A DNA stretch of 64,000 nucleotides from Parcubacteria group bacterium GW2011_GWA2_42_14 (lineage in GTDB: Bacteria; Patescibacteriota; Minisyncoccia; Sungbacterales; GWA2-42-14). Below the pieces are notes generated by a model that was not told where the DNA came from, searched no databases, and worked only from the letters and a program-made list of their open reading frames with translations. Shown here in pieces: positions 28,035 through 37,069 of the stretch (its first letter is position 1; each line of letters opens with the position of its first letter). The translations under genes and the position numbers were made by a program. Location of the stretch: assembly GCA_000998135.1 (NCBI GenBank), contig LCCV01000010.1, forward strand, positions 9,073-73,072. The letters run 5' to 3'.

Positions 28035-29026
28035 TTAACGGATTTGGCAGGATCGGGCGGTCTTTTTTTCGCGCCGTTTTTGCTTTGTCAGAGTTTGATA
28101 TTGTCGCGGTGAACGATTTAAGCGACACAAAAACACTGGCATATTTATTGAAATATGACAGTGTTTATGGCCGGTATCAAAAAGAAGTTTCTGCGTCTGA
28201 CGGCGAACTTATTGTTGATGGTAAAAAGGTAAAAGTTCTGGCTGAAAAAGAGCCGGCGAAACTTCCGTGGAAAGATTTGGGAATTGATATTGTTGTTGAG
28301 TCCACCGGTTTTTTTGCGGATGGCGAAAAAGCTAAAGCGCATTTGGATGCCGGCGCTAAAAGAGTTGTGATTACCGCTCCGGCCAAAGGAGATGTTCAAA
28401 CCGTACTTGTCGGAGTAAATGATGATTTATTTAAAAAAGGTATCGGCCCTATTACCTGCAATGCTTCCTGTACTACTAATTCCGTAGCGCCGGTGGTGGA
28501 AATTATCCGCGAGTCGCTCGGAATTAAAAAAGCCGCTATGACTACGGTGCACGGTTATACGGCAACGCAAAAACTGGTTGACGGGCCTGTTGCCAAAGAT
28601 GTTCGTCGGGGAAGGGCGGCGGCCGTAAATATAGTTCCTTCCACCACCGGAGCGGCTGAAGCGGTAATCCAGTCCATTCCGGAAATGAAAGGAATTTTTG
28701 GCGCTCTTTCTATGAGGGTGCCGGTTATTACCGGTTCTCTTTCTGATACCACTATGTTGGTTTCTCGGAAAACAAACACTGAAGAAGTAAATGCTCTTTT
28801 TAGAAAAGCTGCCCAAAACCCGCGCTGGTCAAAGATTTTAAAAGTTACCGAAGACCAGATTGTTTCTACCGATATAATCGGTGAGCCCTATGGCGCTATT
28901 GTTGATTTATCGCTTACCAAGGTTATTGACGGCGATTTAATTAAAGTTTTTTCATGGTATGATAATGAGGCAGGGTATACGGCAACACTGGTGGAGCACG
29001 TCCGGCGAGTAGCCGAACAGTTGTAG
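28013..29026 (+). CDS. gap: glyceraldehyde-3-phosphate dehydrogenase
   Basis: INGFGRIGR NAD motif; active-site region ASCTTNSVAP. Confidence 0.95.
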   Translation: MKLAKIAINGFGRIGRSFFRAVFALSEFDIVAVNDLSDTKTLAYLLKYDSVYGRYQKEVSASDGELIVDGKKVKVLAEKEPAKLPWKDLGIDIVVESTGFFADGEKAKAHLDAGAKRVVITAPAKGDVQTVLVGVNDDLFKKGIGPITCNASCTTNSVAPVVEIIRESLGIKKAAMTTVHGYTATQKLVDGPVAKDVRRGRAAAVNIVPSTTGAAEAVIQSIPEMKGIFGALSMRVPVITGSLSDTTMLVSRKTNTEEVNALFRKAAQNPRWSKILKVTEDQIVSTDIIGEPYGAIVDLSLTKVIDGDLIKVFSWYDNEAGYTATLVEHVRRVAEQL

Positions 29027-29073
29027 GTTGCTTGCCCTGAGCCCGTCGAAGGGTTAGTTGTCGGTTAAAATAA

Positions 29074-29097
29074 GACGGCCCGCAGGCCGTTTTTTTG
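29074..29097 (+). terminator. Rho-independent terminator (gacggcccgcaggccg + T7)
   Basis: GC stem plus T-run. Confidence 0.7.
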
Positions 29098-29131
29098 CTT
29101 TTTTCCATATTTTAGCATAAAATTTGAATAT

Positions 29132-30391
29132 ATGCGTCAATCTCAATTATTCGGGAAAACATTAAGAGAAGACCCTAAAGACGAGATTTCGGCCAATGCG
29201 CGGCTTTTAGAGCGCGGCGGTTTTGTTGCCAAAGAAATGGCCGGCATATATTCTTTTTTGCCGCTCGGTCTTCGCGTACTGGGGAAAGTCGCGAATATTA
29301 TCCGCGATGAATTGAATGAAAAGCTCGGGGCCCGGGAGATTTTGATGCCCGCGCTTCATCCGATTGAAAATTATGTAAAGACGGGCCGCGATAAGATTGA
29401 TATTCTTTTTCATACCGAACTTGCTTCGGGCGGCCATTTGGTTCTTGGCCAGAGCCACGAAGAGATTGTGGTGCCGCTTGCTAAGCGTTTTATTTCTTCT
29501 TATCACGATTTGCCGCTCGGGCTTTATCAGATTCAGACAAAATTCCGCAATGAGCCGAGGGCAAAATCCGGGCTTCTTCGCGGCCGGGAATTTATCATGA
29601 AAGATTTATACTCTTTTCACGCAACCGAGGATGATTTGGAAAAATATTATGAAAAGGCCAAAGACGCCTATAAAAATATATTCGCGCGTTTGGGTATTGG
29701 CGACATTACTTTTTTGACATTTGCTTCCGGCGGAACGTTCTCGCGCTACTCCCACGAATTTCAAACGATTACCGATGCCGGCGAGGATACGATTTATTTT
29801 TGTGAAAATTGCCTTATCGCAGTTAACGACGAAATTATCGGAGAACAGCCGTATTGCGCCAAGTGCAAGGCGCCTAGTGAAAAACTTTTGAAAAAAAGAG
29901 CCATTGAGGTCGGCAATATTTTTCCTCTGAAAACGAGGTATGCCGATGCTTTTGACTTGACTTATACGGATGAAACGGGCGTGTTAAAACCGGTTATAAT
30001 GGGTTGTTACGGCATTGGCCTTAGCCGTGTTATGGGCGCAATCGTAGAGGTGCATCATGACGAAAAAGGGATTTTGTGGCCGGAAACGGTTGCGCCGTTT
30101 AATGTTCATCTTGTGGAAATACCGGGCAAGAATAAAGCCGATATTGTTAAAAAAACGGCGGAAAAGTTTTATGAGGAACTGCTTGCCAAAAACATTGAAG
30201 TATTATATGATGACCGCGCGGATAAAACACCGGGCGAAAAGTTTGCTGATGCGGATTTAATAGGGATTCCGTTACGGGTGGTGGTATCGGAAAAAACCTT
30301 AGAGAAAAAGGGGGTGGAGGTTAAAAAACGGGGCGAGAAAGAAGCGAGGATTGTGTCGGAGAAAGAGATGTTGAAAATGCTTGAGAAATAG
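29132..30391 (+). CDS. proS: prolyl-tRNA synthetase (short form without editing insertion)
   Basis: Class II aaRS motifs (FRNEPRAKSGLLRGREF; GCYGIGLSRV) and C-terminal anticodon-binding domain. Confidence 0.9.
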   Translation: MRQSQLFGKTLREDPKDEISANARLLERGGFVAKEMAGIYSFLPLGLRVLGKVANIIRDELNEKLGAREILMPALHPIENYVKTGRDKIDILFHTELASGGHLVLGQSHEEIVVPLAKRFISSYHDLPLGLYQIQTKFRNEPRAKSGLLRGREFIMKDLYSFHATEDDLEKYYEKAKDAYKNIFARLGIGDITFLTFASGGTFSRYSHEFQTITDAGEDTIYFCENCLIAVNDEIIGEQPYCAKCKAPSEKLLKKRAIEVGNIFPLKTRYADAFDLTYTDETGVLKPVIMGCYGIGLSRVMGAIVEVHHDEKGILWPETVAPFNVHLVEIPGKNKADIVKKTAEKFYEELLAKNIEVLYDDRADKTPGEKFADADLIGIPLRVVVSEKTLEKKGVEVKKRGEKEARIVSEKEMLKMLEK

Positions 30392-30480
30392 AAGCAAAAA
30401 TGAACGCAAGACGTAACGCAAAATTATACGCAATTTGCGTTTAAGGTCGCGTGGTCATTTGCGTTTTATATTGCTTCTAC
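30390..30480. repeat. hairpin element AGAAGCAA...ACGCAATTTGCGTT...TTGCTTCTA, copy 2
   Basis: Related to 9811-9893. Confidence 0.5.
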
Positions 30481-30611
30481 AAAATAAAAAAAGGCCTACT
30501 TTTCTGTTTGGCTGACCGTAAGTTCAGTTGAACGTATTTTTGGAGCGAAAAAGAAAGAGCCCGACGATACCCATAAGAATATCGCCAGGCTGTGAGCCCT
30601 TGTGGGGGCTC

Positions 30612-30866
30612 TTAGCGCTTGTTGCGCTTGCGCCGGGGCGCGGTGCCGCGCGCGCGGTAGCCGCTGCGGAATCGGTCGGAGAGGCTGGTGGAGACGTGTG
30701 CCATCTCCATCTCCACCACGCTCGGTCCTCGCTTCTTCAGAAGCCCGCCGAGCGTGATGAATGCCTCTACGACATTCATGCCGCTTGCTACCGTTCTGCC
30801 GTCAAACTTGATGGCGACTCCGCCATCGTAGGCGGGTCGTGCATGGATGGAAATCCTGCCGCGCAT
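30612..30866 (-). CDS. small arginine-rich protein (84 aa) in a ~65% GC island; unknown function, probably foreign origin
   Basis: ATG preceded by AAGGAGA at -7; protein MRGRISIHARPAYDGGVAIKFDGRTVASGM...RSGYRARGTAPRRKRNKR; hairpin gagcccttgtgggggctc immediately 3' of the stop; the 128-aa ORF-track version adds an AT-rich N-terminus and is probably wrong. Confidence 0.5.
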   Translation of the reverse strand: MRGRISIHARPAYDGGVAIKFDGRTVASGMNVVEAFITLGGLLKKRGPSVVEMEMAHVSTSLSDRFRSGYRARGTAPRRKRNKR

Positions 30867-30975
30867 GCTGGTCTCCTTGGCCAATCGGCCTTTAGGGGGT
30901 TTGAGGCCACGGCGCTTAAAAATACGCCATTTTACTGCTAATCTAATTATAGCATAAATAAATATATTTGTCAAT

Positions 30976-31056
30976 ATGATAAATAAACTTCTCGGCATAT
31001 TTTCAAAAGACCCCGCACCAAATTCCGAAATAGTGCGAGGTAGAATTTGGGGTTAA
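30976..31056 (+). CDS. 26-codon upstream ORF whose first 12 codons (MINKLLGIFSKD) duplicate the MreB N-terminus
   Basis: All differences from mreB codons 1-12 are synonymous; 89 nt upstream of mreB. Confidence 0.3.
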   Translation: MINKLLGIFSKDPAPNSEIVRGRIWG

Positions 31057-31123
31057 CACCGCGGTAACGGCTTCGCCTTACGCCATTTTAAAAAGAAGTT
31101 CTTTTTGAGAATTGGTGCGGGGC
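31008..31123. repeat. ~115-nt element bounded by inverted repeat CCCCGCACCAA / TTGGTGCGGGG (mreB leader)
   Basis: gaccccgcaccaaattcc ... gaattggtgcggggc; related element at 56655-56775. Confidence 0.5.
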
Positions 31124-31144
31124 AAGTATCGAAATTGACCTATT

Positions 31145-32206
31145 ATGATAAATAAATTATTAGGAATTTTTTCTAAAGACATAGGTATTGACCTGGGAAC
31201 GGCCAATACTTTGGTTTACGTTCGTGGGAAGGGGATTGTGATAAATGAGCCGTCGGTGGTGGCGGTTAACCAGAAAACCGGACAGATTGTGGAGATTGGA
31301 ACAGAGGCCAAAAAAATGGTTGGCAGAACTCCTGCCTATATTATAGCATCCCGTCCTTTGGTTGAAGGCGTTATTTCCGATTTTGAAGTAACCGAGGAGA
31401 TGTTGCGTTATTTCATCCAAAAGGTTCACAAAGAAACCTTTTCCTTTTTTCCGAGGCCGCGAGTTGTGATTGGCATCCCATCGGAGGTAACCGAAGTTGA
31501 AAGGAGGGCGGTTGAGGATGCGGCCAGAAACGCGGGAGCCCGTGAAGTTTATTTGATTGAAGAGCCAATGGCCGCGGCCATTGGCGTGCGCATGCCCGTG
31601 CAGGAGGCGGTTGGTTCAATGGTGGTTGATATCGGCGGAGGTACTTCCGATATAGCCGTAATATCTCTTGGCGGAATTGTAGTATCCAAGAATTTAAGAA
31701 TTGCCGGAGATAAATTAAATGACGATATCATCCGTTTTGCCCGCGATGAATATAAACTTTTGTTGGGTGAGCGAACAGCCGAAGACATTAAAATTGCCAT
31801 TGGTTCGGCTTTTGAATTGGAGGAGCCCCTGGAAGCGGTTATGCGAGGCCGCGATTTGGTAACAGGTCTTCCCAAGGAAGTTGTGGTTGATGATTCGGAA
31901 ATCAGGAGAGCCATGCAGCATTCCAATAAAATCCTGGTTCAGGCGATAAAATCAGTGATTGAATCAACCCCTCCGGAACTGGTTGCCGACATAATGCATC
32001 GGGGCATAATTCTTGTCGGAGGCGGTTCGCTTCTTCGCGGACTTGATAAATTGGTAGCTCAAGAAACCAAAATGCCCACTCGCACCGCCGAAGACCCGTT
32101 AACCGCGGTAGTAAGGGGCACGGGAGTGGTGTTGGAAGACATAGACGCGCTAAGGGCTGTTTTAATCGGTTCGTCCTTTTATCAGAAAACACCAAGTACT
32201 TCATAA
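31145..32206 (+). CDS. mreB: rod shape-determining protein MreB
   Basis: Actin-like motifs; first gene of an mreBCD-mrdA cluster. Confidence 0.95.
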   Translation: MINKLLGIFSKDIGIDLGTANTLVYVRGKGIVINEPSVVAVNQKTGQIVEIGTEAKKMVGRTPAYIIASRPLVEGVISDFEVTEEMLRYFIQKVHKETFSFFPRPRVVIGIPSEVTEVERRAVEDAARNAGAREVYLIEEPMAAAIGVRMPVQEAVGSMVVDIGGGTSDIAVISLGGIVVSKNLRIAGDKLNDDIIRFARDEYKLLLGERTAEDIKIAIGSAFELEEPLEAVMRGRDLVTGLPKEVVVDDSEIRRAMQHSNKILVQAIKSVIESTPPELVADIMHRGIILVGGGSLLRGLDKLVAQETKMPTRTAEDPLTAVVRGTGVVLEDIDALRAVLIGSSFYQKTPSTS

Positions 32207-32214
32207 ATCCCAAT

Positions 32215-32310
32215 GCTAAAATCCAAATTTCAAATCAAGCCCAAAATCTAAAAAATCTTGAACCTTGGACTTTGGATTTGATTTTTGCATTAGAACTTTG
32301 ATATTTGGAT
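32215..32310. repeat. AAATCCAAAT / ATTTGGATTT simple-repeat hairpin, intergenic copy of the family found inside genes
   Basis: aaatccaaatttcaaatcaagcccaaaatc ... gatttgatttttgcattagaactttgatatttggattt. Confidence 0.5.
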
Positions 32311-32321
32311 TTTTATAACCT

Positions 32322-33137
32322 TTGTTTATGAAAACAAACAAGGCGGTGAATAAAAGAAATATTTTTTTGATGATTTTGTTTGTAGCATTCTTGACTGCGG
32401 CTTTTTTTTATAAATCACCTGCCATTTTTTTTGTCAGAAGTTCTGTTATTAAAATTATTTTCCCCGTAATGAAAAAATTTTCGTATGCCGCGGAATTTTT
32501 GAAGGGTGGATATTTTTATTCGTCAAAGGATTTGATTGCGGAAAACCAAAAATTGAAGGAAGAGAATGATACTTTAATTTTAAAACTGGGCGATTTTATT
32601 TTGTTGGAAAGGGAAAATGAAGATTTAAAAAAGTTGCTGAATTTTCAGGGGAGTTATCCTTTTTTTGATTTCGCCGCTTCCCGCCCCATTGGCTTTATAA
32701 GGGATGGTTCTGATGAATATATTTTGATTTCTCGCGGGATTAAAGACGGTATTCATAGCGATTTATGGGTCATTGATTCAAAAAAAACGTTGGTGGGAAA
32801 GGTGACTGAGGCCTATCAGGGTTCTTCCAAAGTAAAATTAATATCATCTGCTTCTGAAATCGTGAATGGGATTTTGCCCGCTACGGGCATGAGGGTTTTG
32901 GTCAAAGGCAACGGTTTCCGAGAACTTTTAATTGATTTGGTTCCTGAAAACACTGAAGTTAAAGAGGGGGACGAAGTGATGGCGGCAGAAAGCTGGGAGT
33001 ATCCCGGCCTCATTCTTTTTTTGGGAAAAATCGTTGAAGTCGGTTCTACCGGCGCGCAGGTTTTTAAAAGCGTTAAGGCGCTGCATTATTTTGATCCTCA
33101 ATCGCTTGAGACGGTTTTTGTTGTTAGGAAGCAATGA
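32322..33137 (+). CDS. mreC: rod shape-determining protein MreC
   Basis: N-terminal TM, coiled coil (ENQKLKEENDTL) and C-terminal beta domain; downstream of mreB. Confidence 0.8.
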   Translation: MFMKTNKAVNKRNIFLMILFVAFLTAAFFYKSPAIFFVRSSVIKIIFPVMKKFSYAAEFLKGGYFYSSKDLIAENQKLKEENDTLILKLGDFILLERENEDLKKLLNFQGSYPFFDFAASRPIGFIRDGSDEYILISRGIKDGIHSDLWVIDSKKTLVGKVTEAYQGSSKVKLISSASEIVNGILPATGMRVLVKGNGFRELLIDLVPENTEVKEGDEVMAAESWEYPGLILFLGKIVEVGSTGAQVFKSVKALHYFDPQSLETVFVVRKQ

Positions 33138-33309
33138 TGCGAATTTACGAATGAAATGCTAATCTACAAATTGCGAATCTTTTGCTATAAATTACGAAAT
33201 TTTACGAAAGTACGAAAATTTCGTAATTTCGCGCTTTTTCGTATTTCGTAGCCATATTCGCAATTCGCCAGATTCGCATTAAATTCGCATCGTATGGGCA
33301 TCATATTTT

Positions 33310-33777
33310 ATGAAGCTTTTTCTTTTTTCCATAATTTATTTATTTTCGCTGGTTTTTGAGGTCGGTTTTATCTCTTTTTTGGGAATTACGCCTCTTTTTT
33401 CCTTTTGGATTTTTATAATATGCGCTTATTTTTTTAGAAAAGAAGATATTTTTATTTTTGGAACCATATCTTCAATTTTTGCTTTAGTGTTTTTTACCGT
33501 ATCTTCTTTGTATCCCCTGGTAATACTTTTGGGTACGGTAAGTGCTTTATTAATAAAATCATTTCAGGGTTTGAATAAGAAAACCGCTTTTTTGTCGCAT
33601 GCCTTGTTGGCAATTATTTTTTTTGAGTCAGCGCGCGCTTTTATTTTTTTTCCTGGCCATTTTTTTTGGCGTTTTTGGGAAGAAGTGGCGATAAACGGCG
33701 TTTTTTTAGCGAGTCTTTTGGTAATAATGATTTTTTATGAAATTAGGGTAGGGTTTAATAAAGGATACAGCATATAA
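33310..33777 (+). CDS. mreD: rod shape-determining protein MreD-like polytopic membrane protein
   Basis: 155 aa, 4-5 TM helices, position between mreC and mrdA. Confidence 0.55.
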   Translation: MKLFLFSIIYLFSLVFEVGFISFLGITPLFSFWIFIICAYFFRKEDIFIFGTISSIFALVFFTVSSLYPLVILLGTVSALLIKSFQGLNKKTAFLSHALLAIIFFESARAFIFFPGHFFWRFWEEVAINGVFLASLLVIMIFYEIRVGFNKGYSI

Positions 33778-33900
33778 AAAATTTTAAAGCAGGGCGCAGT
33801 AGACAAAATTATTTTTACGAATTACGAATAAATACGAATTTACGGATATTGTAAATTTTTACGATTCGTATATTTGTAAAAATTCGTAATTCATAAGGTT

Positions 33901-35841
33901 GTGGATATTTTTAAGAAAAAGAATAATAAAAAAATCGATATTGATCCCGAGGATATATTTTCCGATTCTTTAAATTCTCCAGGCTTTGTCAAAGAGAAAC
34001 AGGAAGGGCTTATTGAGTCATCTTTAGGAGAGCGCCCTTTTTTTATTTTGAGCGTTTTTTTGTTTGTGGGCGTGTTTCTTGTTGTGGCGCAGCTGTGGCG
34101 GCTGGAAATTATGGGAGGAGAAGATTTTGAAAAAATGGTTATAAATAACGAATTTGACATTTATGATAGCAAACCGCTTCGGGGGATTATCTACGATTTT
34201 AAAAATAAAAAACTTGTTTCTAATATCCAGACTTTTTCTATAGTGTTGCGAAAGAAATTTATTAAGGACAAAGAGTCGTTGGCCGCGGTTTTGTCTAATT
34301 TAGGAGAGGTTTTGGGCAGAGAGCCGGAAAATTTGCTGGCCGATATGGGAATTGAAGCCAATAATAATAATTATTTTTTGCTTTTTCCCGATGAGGCCTT
34401 GCTGGATGATGATGTTTCAAGAGAAGCTGTCTTGGAGATTGAATCAAATTTTGAAAAGTTTCCCGGCGTTTCCGTTGAAGAAAAATACTCGCGGGAATAT
34501 TTCTACGGCCAATCTTTTTCTCATATCATAGGTTTTGTGGGGCGCGTTTCGCCAAAGGACCTGCAAAGTGAATATGCCATTCATGATATTATAGGTAAAG
34601 ATGGTCTTGAGTACGCGTATGAAAACGAACTTAAGGGTTCCAAGGGTAAAAAAATCGTTGAAGTGGACGCTTTGGGCCGGCGTTTAAAGGAGCGTCAGTT
34701 TATTAAGGGGGAATCGGGTTACAATCTGGTATTGAATGTTGACGCTGATTTGCAAAAGTTCGCCTATGAAGTATTGTCGCGGCATGTTTTGTCCGGCAAT
34801 AAGACCGCGGGCGCGGTTGTGGTTTCCGATGTTAAGACCGGCGGTATTTTGGCTATTGCTAATTTTCCCAGTTTTGACAATAATATTTTTCGCGGCAAAA
34901 CACCTAAAAAAGAAATAGAAAAAATTTTGAAAGACAAGCGCTCCCCGCTTTTAAACAGAGCCATTTCCAGCTCTTATCCGTCCGGTTCTTCCATTAAGCC
35001 GATAATCGCGGCTGCGGCATTGGAAGAAAAAATAATTGACCCGTCCCGTTATATTTATGACCCGGGCTATATTGAAGTTCTGAATCCTTATAAACCCGGG
35101 GAGAAATCCGTTTTTAGGGACTGGAAGGTTTTTGGAGAAGTTGATATGAGGGAAGCATTAGCGTGGTCAGCCAATGTTTATTTTTTTACCATTGGAGGGG
35201 GACATGATGATATTAGGGGGCTCGGCATTGAGCGTATTAAAAAATATGCGACTCTTTTTGGATTTGGCGCAAAACTCGGCATTGATCTTCCCGGCGAGTC
35301 GGAGGGTCTTATGCCTGACCCTGTCTGGAAAGAAAAAACTAGACCCAAGGACCCGATTTGGCGGCTTGGGGATACTTACAACGTTTCCATAGGACAGGGA
35401 GACGCGCTGATGACTCCGCTACAGATGAATTTTGCCATTGCGACCATTGCTAATGGCGGAAAATTAATGCGACCGCGAGTCGTAAAAGAAATTGTTGACG
35501 AAGATGGGCATTCGGTAAAAAAGTTTGAGCCGGAAGTATTGAAGGAAAATTTTGTCGGCCGGGATCCGTTGAGGGTTGTGGGGGAAGGAATGCGCAGAGC
35601 CGTAACTGCCGGTTCTGCTTGGGATTTGGCTGATTTGCCCGTGGCCGTAGCTGGAAAAACAGGGACCGCGCAGACAGAAACGCAGGTTTTTGACAGGAAT
35701 CACGCTTGGTTTACAGGGTTTGCTCCGTATGAAAATCCTGAGATCGCCATAACGGTTTTTGTAGAAAAGGGCGGAGGAGGTGCCACCATGTCGGTTCCGA
35801 TTGCCAAAGAAATCTTGAATTATTACTTCAGTAAAAATTAA
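33901..35841 (+). CDS. mrdA: penicillin-binding protein 2 (transpeptidase)
   Basis: N-terminal TM, dimerisation domain, transpeptidase motifs SSIKP (SxxK), SxN region, KTGTA; GTG start. Confidence 0.9.
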   Translation: MDIFKKKNNKKIDIDPEDIFSDSLNSPGFVKEKQEGLIESSLGERPFFILSVFLFVGVFLVVAQLWRLEIMGGEDFEKMVINNEFDIYDSKPLRGIIYDFKNKKLVSNIQTFSIVLRKKFIKDKESLAAVLSNLGEVLGREPENLLADMGIEANNNNYFLLFPDEALLDDDVSREAVLEIESNFEKFPGVSVEEKYSREYFYGQSFSHIIGFVGRVSPKDLQSEYAIHDIIGKDGLEYAYENELKGSKGKKIVEVDALGRRLKERQFIKGESGYNLVLNVDADLQKFAYEVLSRHVLSGNKTAGAVVVSDVKTGGILAIANFPSFDNNIFRGKTPKKEIEKILKDKRSPLLNRAISSSYPSGSSIKPIIAAAALEEKIIDPSRYIYDPGYIEVLNPYKPGEKSVFRDWKVFGEVDMREALAWSANVYFFTIGGGHDDIRGLGIERIKKYATLFGFGAKLGIDLPGESEGLMPDPVWKEKTRPKDPIWRLGDTYNVSIGQGDALMTPLQMNFAIATIANGGKLMRPRVVKEIVDEDGHSVKKFEPEVLKENFVGRDPLRVVGEGMRRAVTAGSAWDLADLPVAVAGKTGTAQTETQVFDRNHAWFTGFAPYENPEIAITVFVEKGGGGATMSVPIAKEILNYYFSKN

Positions 35842-36047
35842 AAATTTTTTAAACAACAACAGCCAATCAATAACTGATAACATTTTATTTGCGTGTTTTT
35901 ATGTTGTTTTTATTCAACTATTTGATGGTGGATAAAAACCCTTGACGGATTTCGCATATTTGTTATTATTTAAAACAATTTTTAGTTACTTCAACTTGCT
36001 TAATTAATGACTGTTGTAGGTTGTTGGTTGTAAGTTGTAAGTTAATT

Positions 36048-36503
36048 ATGGCAGATTACATTAGCCCGGAAGGGCTGGAAAAATTAAAAGAAGAGCTTAA
36101 TAAGTTTAAAACCGAGGAGCGGCAAGCCATTGCGGCGCGTCTTGAATCAGCCAAAGCGCTCGGAGATTTGTCGGAGAATGCCGAATATCAGGAGGCCAAA
36201 GAAGCCCAATCTTTAAATGAGGCCCGTATTGTTGAACTTGAGGAAATGCTCAAGGATATTATTGTTATTAAAAAACCGGTTGGGACAGATTTTGTTCAGA
36301 TTGGCTCTCAGGTGGTGACAGAAAGAGACGGCAATGAGGAAATTTATACGATTGTCGGCTCGGAAGAAGCTGATCCCGTATCGGGAAAAATTTCCAATGA
36401 ATCCCCCATGGGAAAATCGTTCTTGGGGAAAAGAAGGGGTGAGACGGTAGAAGTAAAGACCCCGGGCGGAAATATGACATATATGATTAAGGATATCCGT
36501 TAA
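36048..36503 (+). CDS. greA: transcription elongation factor GreA
   Basis: Coiled-coil N-domain with LSENAEYQEAKE and FKBP-like C-domain. Confidence 0.9.
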   Translation: MADYISPEGLEKLKEELNKFKTEERQAIAARLESAKALGDLSENAEYQEAKEAQSLNEARIVELEEMLKDIIVIKKPVGTDFVQIGSQVVTERDGNEEIYTIVGSEEADPVSGKISNESPMGKSFLGKRRGETVEVKTPGGNMTYMIKDIR

Positions 36504-36532
36504 TATAAAAATTGCGATTTTACACAAAGAAA

Positions 36533-36570
36533 AAGCCCTTACTGATGTTGTAAGGGTTTTGCGTTTTCAT
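36533..36570 (+). terminator. Rho-independent terminator (cccttactgatgttgtaaggg + T-run)
   Basis: Hairpin plus T-run. Confidence 0.65.
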
Positions 36571-36971
36571 AACGCGGTTTGCCAGTATCTTACAGGATCT
36601 CTATTTATATTATTTTTGACAATTTTATCCTTCATAATTATTAGTAAACAGTCTTCTGAAATTTCGTACATAAGATTTTTACTTTCGTAATAAATCCCTT
36701 TCGGGAAGTGTATTATAAACAGTCGGTTGTTTAAAGATAAAACGTTTTTTGGTTCACCGCGAATGACACCTTTATCCTTTTCGTCATATGCGTTATGACT
36801 TATGTCCCCAATTCCGCCAGCGATTTTTGGCTTACCGTCGATAAGGCAGATTTCATAGGAGCATTTTGAAATTGAAAAAGAACCATCTATTTCTTGTTTC
36901 ATCACATCTGAAATTGTGGTTTCTTTAAATAATGTGATATCTGTGTCCGGAAACAGCGGTTTTAAGTTCAT
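36567..36971 (-). CDS. hypothetical protein (134 aa)
   Basis: ORF between convergent greA and divergent lysS. Confidence 0.4.
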   Translation of the reverse strand: MNLKPLFPDTDITLFKETTISDVMKQEIDGSFSISKCSYEICLIDGKPKIAGGIGDISHNAYDEKDKGVIRGEPKNVLSLNNRLFIIHFPKGIYYESKNLMYEISEDCLLIIMKDKIVKNNINRDPVRYWQTAL

Positions 36972-37069
36972 GGCCGTTTTTGATGGTCAATTATTACGGA
37001 TTAAGTATTATAAAAAATTGTCTTTATGTGTTAATAGTCGAAAGAAAAGGAGTGTGTTATTATCTTTAT

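Noticed and set aside
30556-30920. GC-rich island as a structured RNA (RNase P RNA, tmRNA or SRP RNA)
   Set aside because: On neither strand did I find the RNase P P4 words (AGTCCGG...GGGCTC arrangement), a tmRNA tag-reading frame with a TTCGA(C/A)TCC T-arm, or the SRP GGAAGCAGCC motif. A protein gene with SD is a simpler explanation. An Rfam scan would settle it.
30528-30941. 137-aa plus-strand ORF across the GC-rich island
   Set aside because: It is antisense to a better-supported minus-strand gene that has an SD, a start and a terminator hairpin. The plus-strand translation is Ala/Gly/Arg-rich, as expected from reading GC-rich DNA in the wrong frame.
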